Shown here in pieces: positions 10,501 to 23,832 of a stretch of DNA of 64,000 bases (positions within the stretch are counted from its first letter, which is position 1; each line of letters starts with the position of its first letter). The stretch is from Octopus bimaculoides. Its lineage: Eukaryota. Location: positions 54,095,631-54,159,630 of the forward strand of contig NC_068991.1 of the NCBI RefSeq assembly GCF_001194135.2, written 5' to 3'. A program made the translations under genes and the position numbers. The notes beneath the pieces were generated by a model. It did not search any database. It saw only the letters and a list, made by a program, of their open reading frames with translations, and was not told where the DNA came from.

Positions 10501-13229
10501 TCTCTTATACCTCTTAAATCATTTAAAAACTGGGTATAAGAGGCACCTGTAGATTATTTCTCGTTAATTAATCTGGAGTTTGGAACATAAATTAACCTGT
10601 CTGTTACCATATTTCTGTTGAGATATTCTGTGTTTACTTCAATTAATTTTAAATATAATGAAGAATTTAGTAAAATAACTCTGTTATTGTTAAGCTAGTC
10701 TTAGGAACATAAAATATGGACTAAATTTTGGTGGAAGATTTTAATTATGAACTTCTAAAAGCAAAACATTTGTTGCGGGCAGTCTCAGGATGGTTGATAT
10801 AAAAAGGGTTAACATGGAATTTTGATGGAAGGTTTTAATTTAAATCACTTTAAAAGAAGAAGTTTGTACCATAGAACTATAAGCTTGGCTTTTGGTGAAT
10901 TGGTATCAAAAGCGTTAAACCCCTTAATAGCTGTGTGAGGCTGATATGATTCTGCTTTGTGTAATTTGATGACTGGAAGAAAGATGTGGCCACTGGGTGA
11001 ATCAAGCAGGGTGACCAGAATAAAATCAAGTATATCATGTAGGTCTAAGTAGATCTGGTCCAGAATTAGAAAGTCCAAAAGAGCATCAAGTTTTGTTGTA
11101 ATTTACTTATATTTTAAAAGATTATTTTATTTAATCAGAGGAAGGAAGGACAGGCTCCATGTCCATTCTACAGAGATCCGTAGACTGGAGGAATAAAAAT
11201 GACTCCTAAGCTTCTCTTGTAGAAAACAGTGTATCAATATATTAAGTTATCTTTAGACCAGTGACCTACACAGAATGCTTGCAACTGAGCAAAGTCCAGT
11301 AAAGACACCACAGGTCGAGTGGTGGTAATGGACAGTGGATTGTGTCTGGTTATTTGACCACCCCGACCCACTCCAGCATGCCAGTTTTGCTATAAGTAGC
11401 ACTGAGTGGCTGCTTTAACTCACGTTAGCTGTGTTGTATTCTAGTTGTCTGACTCTTTACTAACAAATGAGCAGTTGAAATAGCTGTAGCCCACAGTGGC
11501 TTATATAAATTTAACTGGAAGTTTATATGTGTGTGTGTTTCACATACACGCGCACATATATATATGTACACACTCAGACATTTATACATTAACACGTTCT
11601 CACTATATATTTGTCTCTCAAAGAATGTTATCACCCCTGCTATACTGTCTGACAATAAACCACGTGTATGCACTTCAAGAATCAATCTATTTTCCCATCA
11701 AATAACTATGATAGTGACTGTTGAAACGACAGGGCTGGGTGAATCATGCTGCTAAGCCCTGATGTTGAGATCACTCCCTTTTTTTAAAATTTGAAATAAA
11801 CATTGTCTGTCTATCGGATATTCATCATCATTATCATCATCAACCCCTGGACATTAGGATATGTAGGGCAGATTACCTGGTTTCCTTGGTATGTAAGTGA
11901 CTGAGATCACGACATTCCCCTAAACAGGAAGCCATTTCATTGCAGAGTTATTCATTTACAGTTGAGTGAACTGAAGCAATGTGATATGAAGTGTTTTTGC
12001 TCAAGAACACAACTCATCACCCTGTCTGAGAATTGAAATTACAATCTTGCAATTGTGAGTGTAACAACTGAACCACTAGGCCATGCGCTTCCACCTATTC
12101 TATCTTATACTCAGTTACTGGAAAATGATATTAGAAATCTTTTATTAAGGACAATGTTTTATGGACTCTATTAGTGTGTTACAGACAATTCTGTCCTATA
12201 TTTTGTGCCACTTTTTCCAGCCTGTGTCTCACTACTTCAATGAAGACCAGTTTCATGTTAAGAGAGGAAAGTTATTAGTCCCACAATAATTGGATTTTTT
12301 GTTGCACCCCTCAGTTGAGGCCTTCTTCATTGCTATCTTGAGCATCTCCTCTGTTGTTCTTCACATCATTCTGAGTGAGCTTGCAAACATTTTAAGGCAA
12401 AGTAGGCACAAATGTGGCTGTGTGGTAAAGAAGCTAGCTTCCTAACTATGTAGTCTTGGGTTCAGTTACACAATTCAGCCCTTGGACAAGTGTCTTCTCT
12501 TTAGTCCCAGGCTGACCAAAACATTGTGAGTGAATTTGGTATGGGGGAAACCGAAAGAGGCCCGCTGTGATGTGTGTATGACTTTTCCATGCTTGCATGG
12601 ATAAGTAGATATTAAATGATGATGATGATGATGATGATGATGTTAATAATTAACTTGAAAATCAGTACAGACAAAACTAAAATTCTTTCAACTGGTTTCA
12701 CAAACAAATATAAGTGTGATATCACAGTTGGTGATGTTGTTACAAACGTGTGAATGTGTCAATCTGGATTCATCCTTTTCTGTCAACCAGTCAACCCAAA
12801 ATGGAAAATAAAAACCTTGTTTATGCTGCCAAGAACAGAGAACAATCTCATCACAAAATTAGATTTTTCCAGGCACTTGTACAATGTTTTCTCCTACTGT
12901 TGTTAAATTTGTGCCCCTATGCAGTCAAGATCTCTGTTTCTTGGAGTTATTTTGACAGCTGATCCTTGCAAGAGTTACCATCTGTTTGACAAGCCAGTGA
13001 AAGAGCTTCTGTGTGATCACACAACCTTTTAGAAATAGCAAACAGTTTTCTCAGATCACAACTTGTATATTAGAAAAAAAGGGAAGTCACATTGAATAAT
13101 GTATTTCTGAAGACTTTATAGTGCTCTTCCTAGTGAATGCATATGGCTTAGTGGTTAGAGTATTCTACTCATGATCATAAGGCCATGAGTTTCTTTCTGG
13201 TAGTACATTGTATCCTCTAGCAAGATACT

Positions 13230-13550
13230 TTATTAGCTCCACCTTAGTGAAGGCAGAGGTATTGTTTTTGGTCATATTTGTTTGTTTGTCCGTGGACAAG
13301 ATATCTCAAGAACTGCTTGATGGATTGGGACGAAACTTTCAAGGATGTTTGGCCTTGTGACTGGTGCAAACTGATTAGATTTTGGGATTTATCCGTTACC
13401 GGACAAGGATTCTGGATTATTTTACCTGTTTTTTTTTTTAGTTAATTTTTGAGAGCGGTTGGGTTCATTTTTAGTATTCTCGTTTGTGAGAGCAGTTGAG
13501 TTTATTCCAGATATTCTCATTTTAAAGATCATCTCCAGCTAATCAGTGAG
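13230..13550 (+). mobile_element. Helentron-associated (DINE-1/HINE-like) non-autonomous element, 3'-truncated
   Basis: TTATTAGCTCCACC 5' end, (TTTG)n, clearly homologous to the 58641-59010 copy. Confidence 0.6.
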
Positions 13551-13864
13551 AGAAGACATGTCTAGTTAAGTAAAAGCATGGTCGTCTGCATCCTTTTCCA
13601 TCTGTGCATTCCTAATTTTGTGGGCTTGTGGGTGCTGGTGCCATGAAAAAAGCACTTGAACCGGTATTACGTAAATGCATCTGTGCCAGTGCTGTGTAAA
13701 AGTAGCCACTGCACTCTGTAAAATGGTTGGCATTAGGAAGGGCATCCAGCCGTAGAGACCATGCCAAAACAGGCATGGAGCCTGAGCAGTGCTTCAGCTG
13801 GCCAGCTCCTGTCAAACCATCCAACCCATGCGAGCATAGAAAACAGATCTTAAATGATGATGCT

Positions 13865-14091
13865 TTAACCCTTTTGTATTTAGATTACTTTATCCAATGA
13901 AATGCTTTTTTATTCAGATTTTTTCAATTAATCATTCATTATCTTGTAACTTGTAGATTTCGATAGCATGATTGTATGGTTTTGGAATGACATTGTAGAG
14001 TGGGTGTGAGAGGCCAGATCTGGCTTGTTTCACCATAAAATGAGTAGAATATTTGAACCAGACATGGCCAGTTTCAATGTTAAAGGGTTAA
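13865..14091 (-). mobile_element. TTAA-flanked ~225-bp MITE (piggyBac-like ends CCCTTT...AAAGGG)
   Basis: TTAACCCTTT...AAAGGGTTAA; same family as 14316, 37005, 40345, 56347, 57390 and 61293. Confidence 0.8.
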
Positions 14092-14315
14092 TTTTGCCTA
14101 AAAGCTATTTTGCCTGTGTGTCTTTTATGCCCTCAAATACGGTAATTTTATAAAAATAAGGAGAAGTAATCTAAGCAAAGGATCTAAATTGATGAGGAAA
14201 ATGCAAGTTTCAAATATTATTTATTGGACTCATTAATTCAAATATAGTAGGGTCTCACACATATTGAATTGAGATTATTCAACCATTTAGTATATAAAAA
14301 CTCCCTTAGAAGTCT

Positions 14316-14534
14316 TTAGCCCTTCAGCATTTAAACCAGCCATATCCGATCCAAATATTCTATTTGTTTTCAAACTGGCCAGATTTGGTTTCTCAAACCT
14401 ACCCTAAAATGTCATTCTAAACATATATAATCACATCATTGAAATTTTAAAACTGCAAGATAATACAGGATTAATTCAAAACTGAATAAATAATCATTAC
14501 GTTTGATAGAGTAATCTGAATGCCAAAGGGTTAA
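14316..14534 (+). mobile_element. TTAA MITE copy, inverted relative to 13865-14091
   Basis: TTAGCCCTTCAGCATTT...AATGCCAAAGGGTTAA. Confidence 0.8.
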
Positions 14535-16088
14535 AACCTGGGAAGGGCTAAGATGGGAGATAACTCCACTATTATTAAAACATTTTGGACGTAGTTTATG
14601 ATTTATTGTACTGCATAATGTAAGATGAATTTGCATTTAAATTTAAATATATTTATAGCTAACTTAATATTCTAATTTGGAAAGTATTAATAAAGTAGTT
14701 AATTTAGTCTTCTGAAATGAATTAATCCTCTCATATAAATCAATTAAAAATTGAAGTTTACTCAATTATTTGCCATTAAATTATTTACAACTATCCACTT
14801 TTTTTAAAAAAAAGCAATTTAATCTTTTAATATCATTGGCAAATCTTTCAGTGTTGAAGGGAGATAACTTGTGTTTATCATTAAATTTCATGCTAAAGTA
14901 TTTTCTTCAGTAAAATAAGAAGTGTTGGACGGTTATTGATTGAGCCAACCATTCAACTAACAGTATATTATTGATGCTTTAGTTCTAGTATGAAGAGAAA
15001 TATTTCAAGTTTATTCTGGATTTTGAGCTTAGAAGCACAAAACAAAAACAAAAAAAAAAATAAATAATATCAACTTTGAACCTCTACACTGTGTACCAAC
15101 CCCTAACACCTCACTTAGTACTAATTGAAAGACTAAAGCTGTTCCATCTTTTGCACCTTTCCCCTGTGACAATGTAAAGAAACTTGTGACTTAACTTTTC
15201 CTTGATTTCAGTTCACTCTTCCTTCTTTTGTACTTCCTCCCTTCATGTTCTTTAATCTTTTCATTGTCTTTCAAATACTTCTGGACCAACCAATCCCCTG
15301 GACATATCCTGATTTCTGTGTTATGTCTGATTGAATTTACGGAGTATTATTTCTTGACAGTACATTTATTCCCATTTAATGAACTTAGTTTGAAAGTTTC
15401 TCAAATTTCACTGATATGAGAGACAAATATTTAAAAGACAACATAGATTTATGTATACTTTTAGGAAATCAGCTGAACGTGTTACGTTCTGGTCACCTTT
15501 CACCTGATGACATCAACATGCAGGTAGTTAATTACATCCAGTTAAAAATTGAAAATGTAAAGAAATTTTTTTAAACCTTCTTAAAAGTTGGCATTTTTAA
15601 AATATGAAATGTAATATTTGCTGTTAAGCTGTGCTCGTTAATTATGTAATTATTTGAATTAAGTTATTGTTTAGACAATTAAGTGAATATTTAAACTTTA
15701 AAGACATTAATCCAAAAAGATGTTTTTTTTAAAGAAAAATATCATTTTTGATATGCAACCCATTCAATTTATTTATATATATTTTTTTCCTTTTGAATTA
15801 TCATATCATAAGTGTCTTCTTATCAATATTCAAAGTAATTTTCTTTGTTTTATAATGTCTTGGCAATCATAATTTCCACTTGTGTGCAAAGACATGTATT
15901 CGCATTCTTTTCATTAATTACTGTGAGCATCGTGTTCACCTACATGCCAACTCTTAGACAGACATGCATGCAGATACTTTAAATAGAGAAAAGGTATAGT
16001 TGATTGAATGATTACAAAGGTGAGTTTATTATTTCACCTGTCCATTGACTAGTTTCTTTTTTTTCCCCTCATTCTTTTTACAATATAG

Positions 16089-16211
16089 CACATGAATGCC
16101 GACAAAGAACTTTTTCTGGACATACTCACCAAAGAGGAACGAGAAGCTTTATTGACTAAAAAAATGGAGGAAATTCGAAAAAAGAATGAAGCTCTTCGGA
16201 AAAGGCATGAA
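16089..16211 (+). CDS. CCDC9: CCDC9-like exon, N-terminal coiled coil: HMNADKELFLDILTKEEREALLTKKMEEIRKKNEALRKRHE
   Basis: Long polypyrimidine tract + AG (16087-88), 123 nt open, donor GTATGT at 16212. Resembles, from recall, the human CCDC9 N-terminus (KEEKDAELDKRIEALRRKNEALIRRYQ). Confidence 0.92.
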
Positions 16212-16763
16212 GTATGTCTTTCTAGAATTTTTCTTAATTCTTAAACTTTTCATTTTCCTTTCCATTTGTTTTTCAATTTGTTAGCATATTATCCTTTGTG
16301 CAGATATTTAATCATTTTTGTTTGTATCAAACTTTTTATTCATATTTTTAATAGATTAACTTTTAATTTCTTCATTTGGAAAAAAAAAAAAGAAATATTT
16401 AATCAATGTTACATAATTTTAGTTATAACCATGGATATTGAAAAAAAAAAAACAATTCTTATTTTAGCTGGTTTCATTTATTCATTTTCAAAAATTTTTT
16501 TTCCCACATTTTCTACTTTATTTTTGGGAATATTAGTTCTTGAAAACTTTGCTGTTAAAAAAATGAAGGCAAGATTTGTCAAAAAGGAGAGAATTTTGTA
16601 AACAACTGTAACAAATAATCACTTCACTTGTCTACAAATGGTTATATGGCATGCTGATGGGTATATAAAGTGATTTATATACAAGCACACCACCATAAAA
16701 TCAAATGGGTTGGCATATTTATTACTATTGCTATTATTATTATTATAATTATTATTATTATTA

Positions 16764-16986
16764 AGGCAGTGCACTGGCAGAATCCTTAGCACTCTGGGTA
16801 AAATGCTTAGTGGCATTTTTTCCATCTTTATGTTTTGTGTTCAAATTCTGCCAAGGTCAACTTTGCCTTTCATCCTTTTTGGGAGTCAATAAATTAAGTA
16901 CCAGTGAAACACTGGAATCAATGTAATCAACTAGTCCCCTCCCACAAAATTGCAGGTCTTGTGCCTTTAGTAGAAAGCATTATTAC

Positions 16987-17027
<41 letters not shown>

Positions 17028-17275
17028 GTAGTAATAAAGGTGGCGAGCTAGCAGAATTGTTAACATGCCAGGCAAAATGCCTGCTATACCATCCGTCATT
17101 ACATTCTGAATTCGAATTCCACCAAGGTCTACTTTGTTTTTCATCCCCTTCAGGGTCAATCAAATAAGTACCAGTTGAACACAGGGGTTGATGTAATTGA
17201 CTTACTCCAACCCACAAACTTGCTGGCCTTGTGCCAAAATTTGAAACCATTATTATTATTATTATTATTTATTAT

Positions 17276-17317
<42 letters not shown>

Positions 17318-17535
17318 AGCAAGCTGGCAGAATTGTTAGTGATTTGAACAATGTACTTAGCGGCATTTCTCCTGGCTTTACATTCTGAGTTCAGATTCCA
17401 CCATGATCAACTCTGTCTTTCATCTTTTTGGGGTCAATAAAATAAGTATCAATTGATTTTCTGGGGTTGATGTAATTGGCAAGCATTGTCCCATCAAATT
17501 TCAGGCCTTGTGCCTAAAGTAAAGATTATTATTAT
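16764..17535 (+). repeat. Three head-to-tail family-A SINEs separated by (ATT)n/(ACT)n
   Basis: Copies at ~16764-16985, 17037-17250 and 17318-17535. Confidence 0.85.
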
Positions 17536-17897
17536 TATTAAAAGGCAGACTATATGTGTGTTCTAGCATGTAGTTTGTGTTAGGTTCAAGTTGTATTGCA
17601 ATCAACTTTACATTTTTATTTCTACAAAACAAGAGGGGCTGGAAGAGCATTACATTATAGTTATTAGTGGAAGGGAAAAACAAAACATGCTGCTATTATA
17701 AATATTCCCATATTTGAATATTTCACTTGATAAGGAAATTGGAATGACTAATTTAGAGAAAATTCCCTGCATGTTCTTGTATTCTTCAAGTGGAGAAAAA
17801 ATAGTTTTACATACAAAATGATACTGCTATGTTGTTTCACAAAATATTTCAGGCACATTTGAGAGAGAGAGAGAGAGAGAGACACGCACACGCACAC

Positions 17898-17943
<46 letters not shown>

Positions 17944-18906
17944 ACATACGGCTGTCAGATATGTAATTAGTATTTGTTGCCTACTTTATTTGCCCTGTCT
18001 TATGCACTGAAATACCACTTAGGTCTGTTTAACTCTTTAAGCTGCATATTTTCTCTCTACTTTTTCCAGCCTTTTGCTTCTACCTTATAGCTTTTCATTT
18101 GTGACTTGTGGAAAATAGCTTTAATTGTTCCAGGCAGTCTATGTTGCTGTTGTTATTTCATGCCGTATATCTTCTTAGTTTCCATTTTTAGCTTACTTTT
18201 ATTTCACTCCCCACAACTCACTTTCCTTCTAGAGAACGAGACTTGGAAGTTGCTGATGAAAAATATATAAATAAATGAAATAAAAGAAAGAAAGAAACAA
18301 TCTAGCTGCTGCTGCTGCTGGTCACATTCTTGTACAGTTGTTGAAAGTGACTTTCCTACTAAGTTTTAATTAGTACTCTGTTAAGAAACCTAGTAGTTTA
18401 CAATGAATTACTCATCTTGACAAAGCTACTTTAACGAAGCTAGAAGGCATAAATTAAATTTGATTTGTTTATTTATTTTTTGGTTTTTATCTTTGTTTCA
18501 TGTAGAAGACTACTGTTTTATTTTGCTGCATATTATTATTATTATTATTATTAATTGTTTAGGGTTTGTTAAATTTGAATTCTTTATATTGCATTAATTC
18601 ATTCATAACTGTTTTTAACAGGTATTCATGACCTGTATTTGTATATTTTTATCAGAAACCTGCAGTCTTGTTTCAATATACTTTCGTTAGTAAGATAGAA
18701 TTTGATATTTTGAATTCCAGCAAAAACTGTTGTGTAATATACTTAGTCTTTTAACTTAGTAACAGGAGCAGTTTCTCAGCATTTCAGTTTTGTATTTGGT
18801 CTGCAAGTTTCTTGATGTGAACACATGTCTTGAAACATATTCTGTTATATCTGAGGAAGTTCATTACACCTGTGCACAGAATTCACTGTGCCACACCAGT
18901 GTACAT

Positions 18907-18962
<56 letters not shown>

Positions 18963-20429
18963 NNNNNNNNNNNNNNNNNNNNNNNNNNNNNNNNNNNNNN
19001 NNNNNNNNNNNNNNNNNNNNNNNNNNNNNNNNNNNNNNNNNNNNNNNNNNNNNNNNNNNNNNNNNNNNNNNNNNNNNNNNNNNNNNNNNNNNNNNNNNNN
19101 NNNNNNNNNNNNNNNNNNNNNNNNNNNNNNNNNNNNNNNNNNTCTCTCTCTCTCTTCCTCTCTCTCTCTCTCTTCCTCTCTCTCTCTCTCTTCCTCTCTC
19201 TCTCTCTTCCTCTCTCTCTCTCTCCCTTTTGCACATACATTCTCACTCATATCCATATATAAATATAGAAGCCATAAACTAGGAGACAGTCAGCAGACAG
19301 ACCTGAAGCAGACTTGGAGTAGAGAGTGCATGTCATTGATGAGGTCATGAAAGGCAAAAAGGACTTCAACAACCCTAGCAGGTTGAATGATTGATTGACT
19401 AACAGAACAATTAGTCATACGATTGATTAGTTTATTGGTTTGATGTTTAACCAACTGACTAATAATAATAAAATAATAAAAAGAAGTGAAATAGAACCAG
19501 GGTGTCTGTATATTGGCATAATGACCCTTCCAAATAAACAGATTTTCCCAGTATTTCATATGCTTCTGTCGCTTTTTTTATTCTTCAATAGTCTGTCCAA
19601 TACAAAGGAAAGTTAGCTACAACTGGAGGCTAAGAACATTGACTTTTGCCAATGTGCTTAATAAACTCATTTAAGCATTTCATTATATTGTGTGATTTAA
19701 TAAGTACTTCACCAATTCCATTGTTTCTATATTTCAAACTTACAGGCATAAAAATATCTTGGATATTATAGCAAAGTGGATCTTAAAGAACAACATATTC
19801 TTGCAACATAATTTCAATAATCACTTCAAATTGGTTGCTTAAATTAATTATGATGTATGAATTATAACAGTAACATAATCCTACCTTCCAGCTTTAGCTG
19901 AATATTGAAGAATTTATGTTAGAATTTATATTACTAGTTTTGTCAGACATTCAAGTATGTTACCAAGTTGACTTGATACTAGAATGTTTTCCTCACAGAG
20001 ATTTACCAAATATTTCTCTAATTGACTGCCATACCTCAGTTCAGTTTACACTAATTTGATTAAAATTGTTTTAATTTTGTATTCCTGGAAGTGGAAATTA
20101 GAGAAATACATGTATTTGTTTGGTCAGGAAGAAAGGATGGTACCAATTGTCTTTAAAACTGTTGAGGCTGGTGAGGGTGGCATTCTTCTTCAACATTTGT
20201 AAGCCGAAAGACTGGACACTGTGGATAATGCAAAATCTTGGGTGGAGAGAAGTGGAGTGGGGTGAGGTAGGGTTAGACATAATATGGATGACTGGAAGAA
20301 GAGAGATTGGGAAGTCAGGAATATTCGATATGCAGAAGAGAAATAGAATTCCCTGTACTATAAACAGTACGAACAATACATGCATAGGAAATGCATCAGA
20401 ATCACAGACTAACCAATGTAGAAGTCTAT

Positions 20430-20468
20430 GTCTGTCTGACTATATATATAGCTCGAAACGTCAAAGAC
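20430..20468 (+). ncRNA. Defective minimal hammerhead motif of Penelope/retrozyme type
   Basis: GTCTGT-CTGA-CTATATATATAGCTC-GAAA-CGTC-AAAGAC; the core lacks NGA. Confidence 0.5.
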
Positions 20469-20555
20469 TTTCCGTATTCCCGAGCGTCATACTAATATAT
20501 ACTTTTGTTATTTACACCACCTGTCCTCGTCTGTTGTTATTTTTTGTATATTCTC

Positions 20556-20588
<33 letters not shown>

Positions 20589-21877
20589 TTTGCATTCCAG
20601 TTTCCAAACTTCTTTTGCAATTCTCGTTATTTCTTTCTCTATTTATTTATCCTGTGATATTTCATTGTGGCTCCAAGACCAATGACAGTAGAAATGAAAT
20701 AGAATAAAGTAGATAGAACAAGCAATTAAATCTTTGTTGCATATTAACACTTTTACTTGTTTTGGTCATTAGACTGCAACCATGCTGGGGTTGAACAATT
20801 TTCAGTTAACTGAATCAACCCTAGTTTTTTTTGTTGTTGTTGTTTTGTTTAAAACCCCGGTCTCTTATTCTGAACTGCTAAGTTACAGGGGCTGAAAACA
20901 CTCCAACACTGTTTGTCATGCGATGGTGATACACACACACATACACAATAGGCTTCTTTCAGTTTCTGCCTACTGCATTAACTCACAGGGCTTTGGTCAG
21001 TCCGAGGCTGTAGTAGAAGACACTTGCCCAAGATGCCATACAGTGGAACTGAACCCTGAACCATGTGGTTGGGAAGCAAACTTCTTACCACACAGCCACG
21101 CCTGCACCTAGATCACAATTATATTTTAGTTTTGCTTTGATCGTTTCACTTGCTCTATTCATAGTTTGTGATGACATTTCAACCAACTTTTCAATGATTC
21201 TCTGTGACATTTCCCCCAATTCTTGGCTAAATAATTCAACATACATGAAACAAGGGAATTATTTTACTCTTTAGTGAACATGAGGCGGTGCTCCAGCATG
21301 GCTGGAGTCAAATGACTGAAACAAGTGAAAGAATGAGTTGTTGTTTTACTATGGTCAACATCTGGAACTTTGTGTGATTGTGAATCAGTTAAATACTTCA
21401 TATTTAATGCTCTTTTATTTTTACTTGTTTCAGTCGCTAGACTGTGGCCATGCTGGGGTACTGCCTTGAAGACTTTTTAGTCAAATGAATCACCACTAAT
21501 ACTATTTTTTTTTAAGCCTGGTACTTATTCTATTGGTCTCTTTTGCCAAATTGCTAAGTTACAGGAATGTAAACACTCCAACACTTGCTGTTAAGCAGTA
21601 GTGAACGTGCGCACACACACACACACACACACACACACNNNNNNNNNNNNNNNNNNNNNNNNNNNNNNNNNNNNNNNNNNNNNNNNNNNNNNNNNNNNNN
21701 NNNNNNNNNNNNNNNNNNNNNNNNNNNNNNNNNNNNNNNNNNNNNNNNNNNNNNNNNNNNNNNNNNNNNNNNNNNNNNNNNNNNNNNNNNNNNNNNNNNN
21801 NNNNNNNNNNNNNNNNNNNNCCTCTCACAAAGCTTTGGTTGGCTTTAGGCTATGGTAGAAGACACTCGCCCAAAATG

Positions 21878-22150
21878 TCAGGGGATGGCAGGGGATGGTG
21901 GCGAACCCTGCTGTACTCTTTCACCACAACTTTCTCTCACTCTTCCTTCCTGTTTCTGTTGTGCCTGTAATTCAAAGGGTCAGCCTTGTCACACTCTGTG
22001 TCACGCTGAATATCCCCGAGAACTACATTAAGGGTACACGTGTCTGTGGAGTGCTCAGCCACTTGCACGTTAATTTCACGAGCAGGCTGTTCCGTTGATC
22101 GGATCAACTGGAACCCTCGACGTCGTAAACGACGGAGTGTCAACAACAAC
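21878..22150 (+). mobile_element. 5'-truncated copy of the same SINE subfamily as 22965-23345
   Basis: About 14 mismatches over ~260 bp by manual alignment to the reverse complement of 22965-23230. Confidence 0.9.
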
Positions 22151-22814
22151 AAGTCATTCCTAATATGGGAATAGAAATTACTCTCTCAATATCTAGTGTT
22201 ATTGCCTTCACTGTTTAATCCTTTATCTTTTATCAGTCTTGAAGTATTTCGTTGAACAAATCAACCGAGTACTTTTTAAAAATTCTGGTACTCATTCTAT
22301 CAGTCGCTTTTGCTGATCTATTAAGTTCTGAAGACACAAACAAACTAACACCAGTTGTCAAGCGGTGGGGGACAAACACACATGCTCCAGGCTTCAGGCT
22401 TCCATACTGTTTCCATCTACTAAATTTTACTCACAAGGCAAAAGACACACTAGATGCAACAACTGTAGGATCAAGCCATATGGCTGTGAAGTGAACTTCT
22501 AGATGCTCGGAACTTCCTCAGTATTACTAGACAAAATATCTGCAACTTTTGATCATATATTTTTTTTTAACTATGTATGAGATGGCATTCAAGAATATTT
22601 ATTTCAATTTAGCTCTACGTATTTCTTGTTTCTTTAGTCTGTTACATCCATTATAGCCACTCCCACACTTTAGTCATGGTTGTGACATGTAGCAGTCAAA
22701 TATTCAGTTAATTGGCATTTCTTGATGTATTTACATTGAGTATAATCTATGCTTCTTGCTTCAGATGCACATAATAAATTTTTATTCAGCCTACATAGCT
22801 AATTGCAACATCAG

Positions 22815-22856
<42 letters not shown>

Positions 22857-22964
22857 CGCTGTCATGTTCTTATCAACTCAATTTTTATCAGCATTAAAGA
22901 AATACAGCCTCTCTTTTTATGTGTGTATGTATCACTGTATTTGATTATTTTCTTCTCAGTCTGT

Positions 22965-23345
22965 TGTTGGCACTCCGTCGCTTACAACATCAAGGGTTCC
23001 AATTGATCCGATCAATGGAACAGCCTGCTCGTGAAATTAACATGCAAGTGGCTGAGCACTCCACAGACATGTGTACCCTTAACGTAGTTCTCGGGGATAT
23101 TCAGCGTGACACAGAGTGTGACAAAGCTGACCCTTTGAATTACAGGCACAACAGAAACAGGAAGTAAGAGTGAGAGAAAGTTGTGGTGAAAGAGTACAGC
23201 AGGATTCGCCACAATCCCCTGCCGGAGTCTCGTGGAGCTTTTAGGTGTTTTCGCTCAATAAACACAACGCCTGGTCTGGGAATCGAAACTGCGATCCTAT
23301 GACCGCGAGTTCACTGCTCTAACCACTGGGCCATTGTGCCCCCAC
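22965..23345 (-). mobile_element. Young full-length tRNA-derived SINE with 11-bp TSD
   Basis: TCTCAGTCTGT at 22954-64 and 23346-56. Head TGGCCCAGTGG (A box) and GTTTCGATTCC (B box); (CAA)n tail. Confidence 0.9.
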
Positions 23346-23832
23346 TCTCAGTCTGTACATTTCTTAAAAGCACAATATTTTGGTGCTTTGTGGGTCTTCT
23401 ATAAAGATAGATTCACTTGTTAGCATGATTTCTGCTCCCACTTTTTATTGGGAATGTTTTTCAATTCCTTCCTTCCCCAACATTGCTGTTGATTAACCCC
23501 TGTTCAGGTTTGACAGAGTACACTTATGATCAAAGGCATTCTATCCATAGCCATACCATCTGTTAAGGTGTAAGTGTATTAAGGGCTATGTCATCTACTA
23601 CCTAATGTGTTCTTTAAAGATTGGTAAAATGATACAAAAGTTGATTCAATTAAATAGATTCTCATCTTTCAAAGTTGGTTTCAGTCTAAGAAGTATAAGG
23701 AAGAAAGCTGTTTATATGTCCACAGTCTCAATGTTTATTACCTCAATTTTCTGAAAATGTACCATTATAATATTTAAGCTATTATTTTCTTTGTTTTGAA
23801 GCAATTATGAATTGGAACAAATTCTATTTCAG

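Noticed and set aside
15504-15560. Other CTGATGA/CTGAAGA occurrences (15504, 27159, 55879, minus 59240, minus ~59040)
   Set aside because: No convincing helix II, GAAA and NUH arrangement, so not called hammerheads.
18656-18689. 34-nt AG..GTAAGA segment
   Set aside because: Not a multiple of three, with weak context.
20120-20587. 155-aa + strand ORF
   Set aside because: A chance ORF across a degraded LINE-like fragment, a PLE-type end and (TA)n; no usable splice sites.
23270-23345. tRNA-like sequences with A/B boxes (also in other SINE heads)
   Set aside because: SINE heads continuing into repeat bodies; no complete cloverleaf acceptor stem.
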